Source of the DNA: Candidatus Latescibacterota bacterium
GTDB lineage: Bacteria; Latescibacterota; UBA2968; GCA-2709665
DNA length: 64,000 bases
Assembly (NCBI GenBank): GCA_963662665.2
Contig: CAXXJS010000010.1
Span: forward strand, 64,001-128,000
Direction: 5' to 3'
The notes beneath the pieces are model-generated. The model ran no database searches and was not told the DNA's origin. It was given only the letters and a program-made list of their open reading frames with translations. Numbering within the stretch: position 1 is the stretch's first letter; each line of letters begins with the position of its first letter. This document shows, one piece after another, positions 61,960 through 64,000 of this stretch. The translations under genes and the position numbers were made by a program.

Positions 61960-63960
61960 ATGGCGGCACATCCAGACCGGATTCTCGAACAGGGCGGACG
62001 ATATTTCCCGCCTCAAGATCTCACTGGCCGGGCCCATGTCGATAGTTTCGAAGAATACCAGAGGCGTTATCAGGAATCCATCAGGGACGTCGAGGCATTC
62101 TGGGCTGACGTGGCAGAGGAATTCCATTGGTTCAGAAAATGGGATAACGTACGCGCATACAACTATAACGTCGACCGGGGACCGGTCGACATCAGATGGT
62201 TTGAAGGTGCGAAGACCAGTATTGCCTACAATTGCCTCGACCGCCACCTGGAAACACGGGGAGATCAGGCTGCGATTATCTGGGAAGGCAACGAGCCGGG
62301 TGAAGACGGCAGGCTGACGTACCGGGAACTCCACCGGCAGGTCTGCAAATTCGCTAACGTGCTCAAATCTCGCGGCGTGAGAAAGGGAGACCGCGTTTCC
62401 ATATATATGCCAATGATCCCCGAACTGGCTATCGCGATGCTCGCATGCGCCAGGATCGGCGCCGTACACTCGATCGTTTTCGGCGGCTTTTCCGCGGATG
62501 CTCTTGCCGACCGCATTGTCGATTCCACATGCCAGGTGGTCGTTACAACCGACGGTATGTTTCGAGGCGACAGACCCATGGAGCGTAAGGCGTTCGCCGA
62601 CCACGCCATCGCCAATGCCGACGGACGGATGAGCGGCAAAACCGTAGATACTTGCATTGTCGTCCAACGCGTGGGCGAACACGCCGGTATTTCCTGCCCC
62701 ATGAAGGAGGGCAGAGACATCTGGTGGCACGAAGCCATGGAAACCGCCAGCCAGGATTGTCCGTGTGAAGAAATGGACGCGGAAGACCCGCTTTACATTC
62801 TGTATACTTCAGGGTCGACAGGCAAACCCAAGGGCGTGCAGCACAATGTAGGCGGATATATGGTATACACCGCCTACACCCACAAAAACATCTTCGACTA
62901 TCACGATGGCGACATTTATTTCTGCGCCGCCGATATCGGCTGGGTTACCGGACACTCTTATATCATCTACGGTCCATTGGCGAACGGCGCCACGTCGGTC
63001 ATGTTCGAAAGCACTCCCCTTTATCCCGATCCGGGAAGATACTGGCAGGTGATCGACAAATACGAAGTCAATCAGTTTTATACGGCGCCCACGGCGATCC
63101 GGGCGGTTGCCAAAGAGGGCGAAGCGTGGCCGGCCAAATACGACCTCTCCTCCCTGAATCTCCTGGGGACCGTCGGCGAGCCAATCAACCCGGAAGCCTG
63201 GCTCTGGTACCACAACAACGTGGGCCGGGGCCGGTGTCCAATTGTTGACACCTGGTGGCAAACCGAAACCGGCGGCATTCTCATTACCCCGCTCCCGGGG
63301 GCAACCGCCACGAAACCCGGTTCCGCAACCTTTCCCTTCTTCGGCATCAAACCGGTCGTACTCGACCCGGAATCGGGCAGTGAACTCGAGGGTAACGACG
63401 TCCGGGGCGTCCTCGCTATCGCGGAACCCTGGCCGGGGCAGATGCGCACCGTCTACGGCGACCACAAACGCTTCGAGGAAACTTACTTCCAACAATACAA
63501 GGGTTATTATTTCACCGGCGACGGCTGCCGCAGGGACGAAGACGGCTACTACTGGATTACCGGCCGGGTGGATGACGTCATCAACATATCCGGGCACCGA
63601 ATGGGTACGGCCGAGGTCGAATCCGCGCTGGTCTCCCACGAGGGCGTGGCTGAAGCGGCTGTGGTGGGTTTCCCCCACGAAATCAAGGGTCAGGGTATCT
63701 ATGCCTACGTAACCCTGAACGTCGGCGTCGAATACGTCGATGTTCTAAAGGACGAACTGAAGGCATGGGTCCGAAAGGAGATCGGTCCCATCGCCACGCC
63801 CGACGTGATCCATTGGGCGCCGGGATTGCCCAAAACCCGATCGGGAAAAATAATGCGCCGCATCCTGCGCAAAATTGCCGACGACGACACCAGTGATATG
63901 GGCGACACGTCCACGCTTGCAGAACCGGCGGTTGTGGATCAACTCCTGGAGAATCGGTAG
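61960..63960 (+). CDS. acs: Acetate--CoA ligase (acetyl-CoA synthetase)
   Basis: [35 protein letters not shown] and [11 protein letters not shown]. Confidence 0.96.
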   Translation: MAAHPDRILEQGGRYFPPQDLTGRAHVDSFEEYQRRYQESIRDVEAFWADVAEEFHWFRKWDNVRAYNYNVDRGPVDIRWFEGAKTSIAYNCLDRHLETRGDQAAIIWEGNEPGEDGRLTYRELHRQVCKFANVLKSRGVRKGDRVSIYMPMIPELAIAMLACARIGAVHSIVFGGFSADALADRIVDSTCQVVVTTDGMFRGDRPMERKAFADHAIANADGRMSGKTVDTCIVVQRVGEHAGISCPMKEGRDIWWHEAMETASQDCPCEEMDAEDPLYILYTSGSTGKPKGVQHNVGGYMVYTAYTHKNIFDYHDGDIYFCAADIGWVTGHSYIIYGPLANGATSVMFESTPLYPDPGRYWQVIDKYEVNQFYTAPTAIRAVAKEGEAWPAKYDLSSLNLLGTVGEPINPEAWLWYHNNVGRGRCPIVDTWWQTETGGILITPLPGATATKPGSATFPFFGIKPVVLDPESGSELEGNDVRGVLAIAEPWPGQMRTVYGDHKRFEETYFQQYKGYYFTGDGCRRDEDGYYWITGRVDDVINISGHRMGTAEVESALVSHEGVAEAAVVGFPHEIKGQGIYAYVTLNVGVEYVDVLKDELKAWVRKEIGPIATPDVIHWAPGLPKTRSGKIMRRILRKIADDDTSDMGDTSTLAEPAVVDQLLENR

Positions 63961-64000
63961 GAAAATTGCTAATTCGCGCTCAGTCAAGAGGGAGCCATCC

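Overview
GC-rich (~60%) bacterial chromosomal segment with about 47 intact genes and no rRNA, tRNA or CRISPR array that I can support. The gene content suggests a diderm, probably host (sponge)-associated organism of the Latescibacterota/Gemmatimonadota/FCB type: a GWxTD protein, secreted proteins with paired EF-hand/dockerin-like tags, internalin-type LRR and ankyrin proteins, and a TonB receptor. That taxonomic call is inference only. Housekeeping and metabolic genes include moaB, pheA, aminotransferases, uvrA, queD, hinT, yidD, lgt, a purH-like transformylase and acs. A catabolic cluster spans 8.2-17.6 kb, and an accessory toxin-antitoxin/defence-like region spans 17.6-29.1 kb (Phd antitoxin, Fic, HEPN/MNT, helicase IV with a nuclease-like insert, two MITEs). 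Main highlights: (1) a small CxxC/His membrane uORF ending in a RAPP ribosome-arrest motif lies upstream of a triple-repeat His-motif lipoprotein and a ZnuD-like TonB receptor; (2) a 1698-bp IS1380 with a TTAA target duplication cleanly cuts region 4 off a sigma-70 factor; (3) an ECF sigma/anti-sigma operon ends in an HtrA-like protein with an apparently dead catalytic triad; (4) several gene-replacement scars remain (PIN toxin, VOC and nitrilase stubs).
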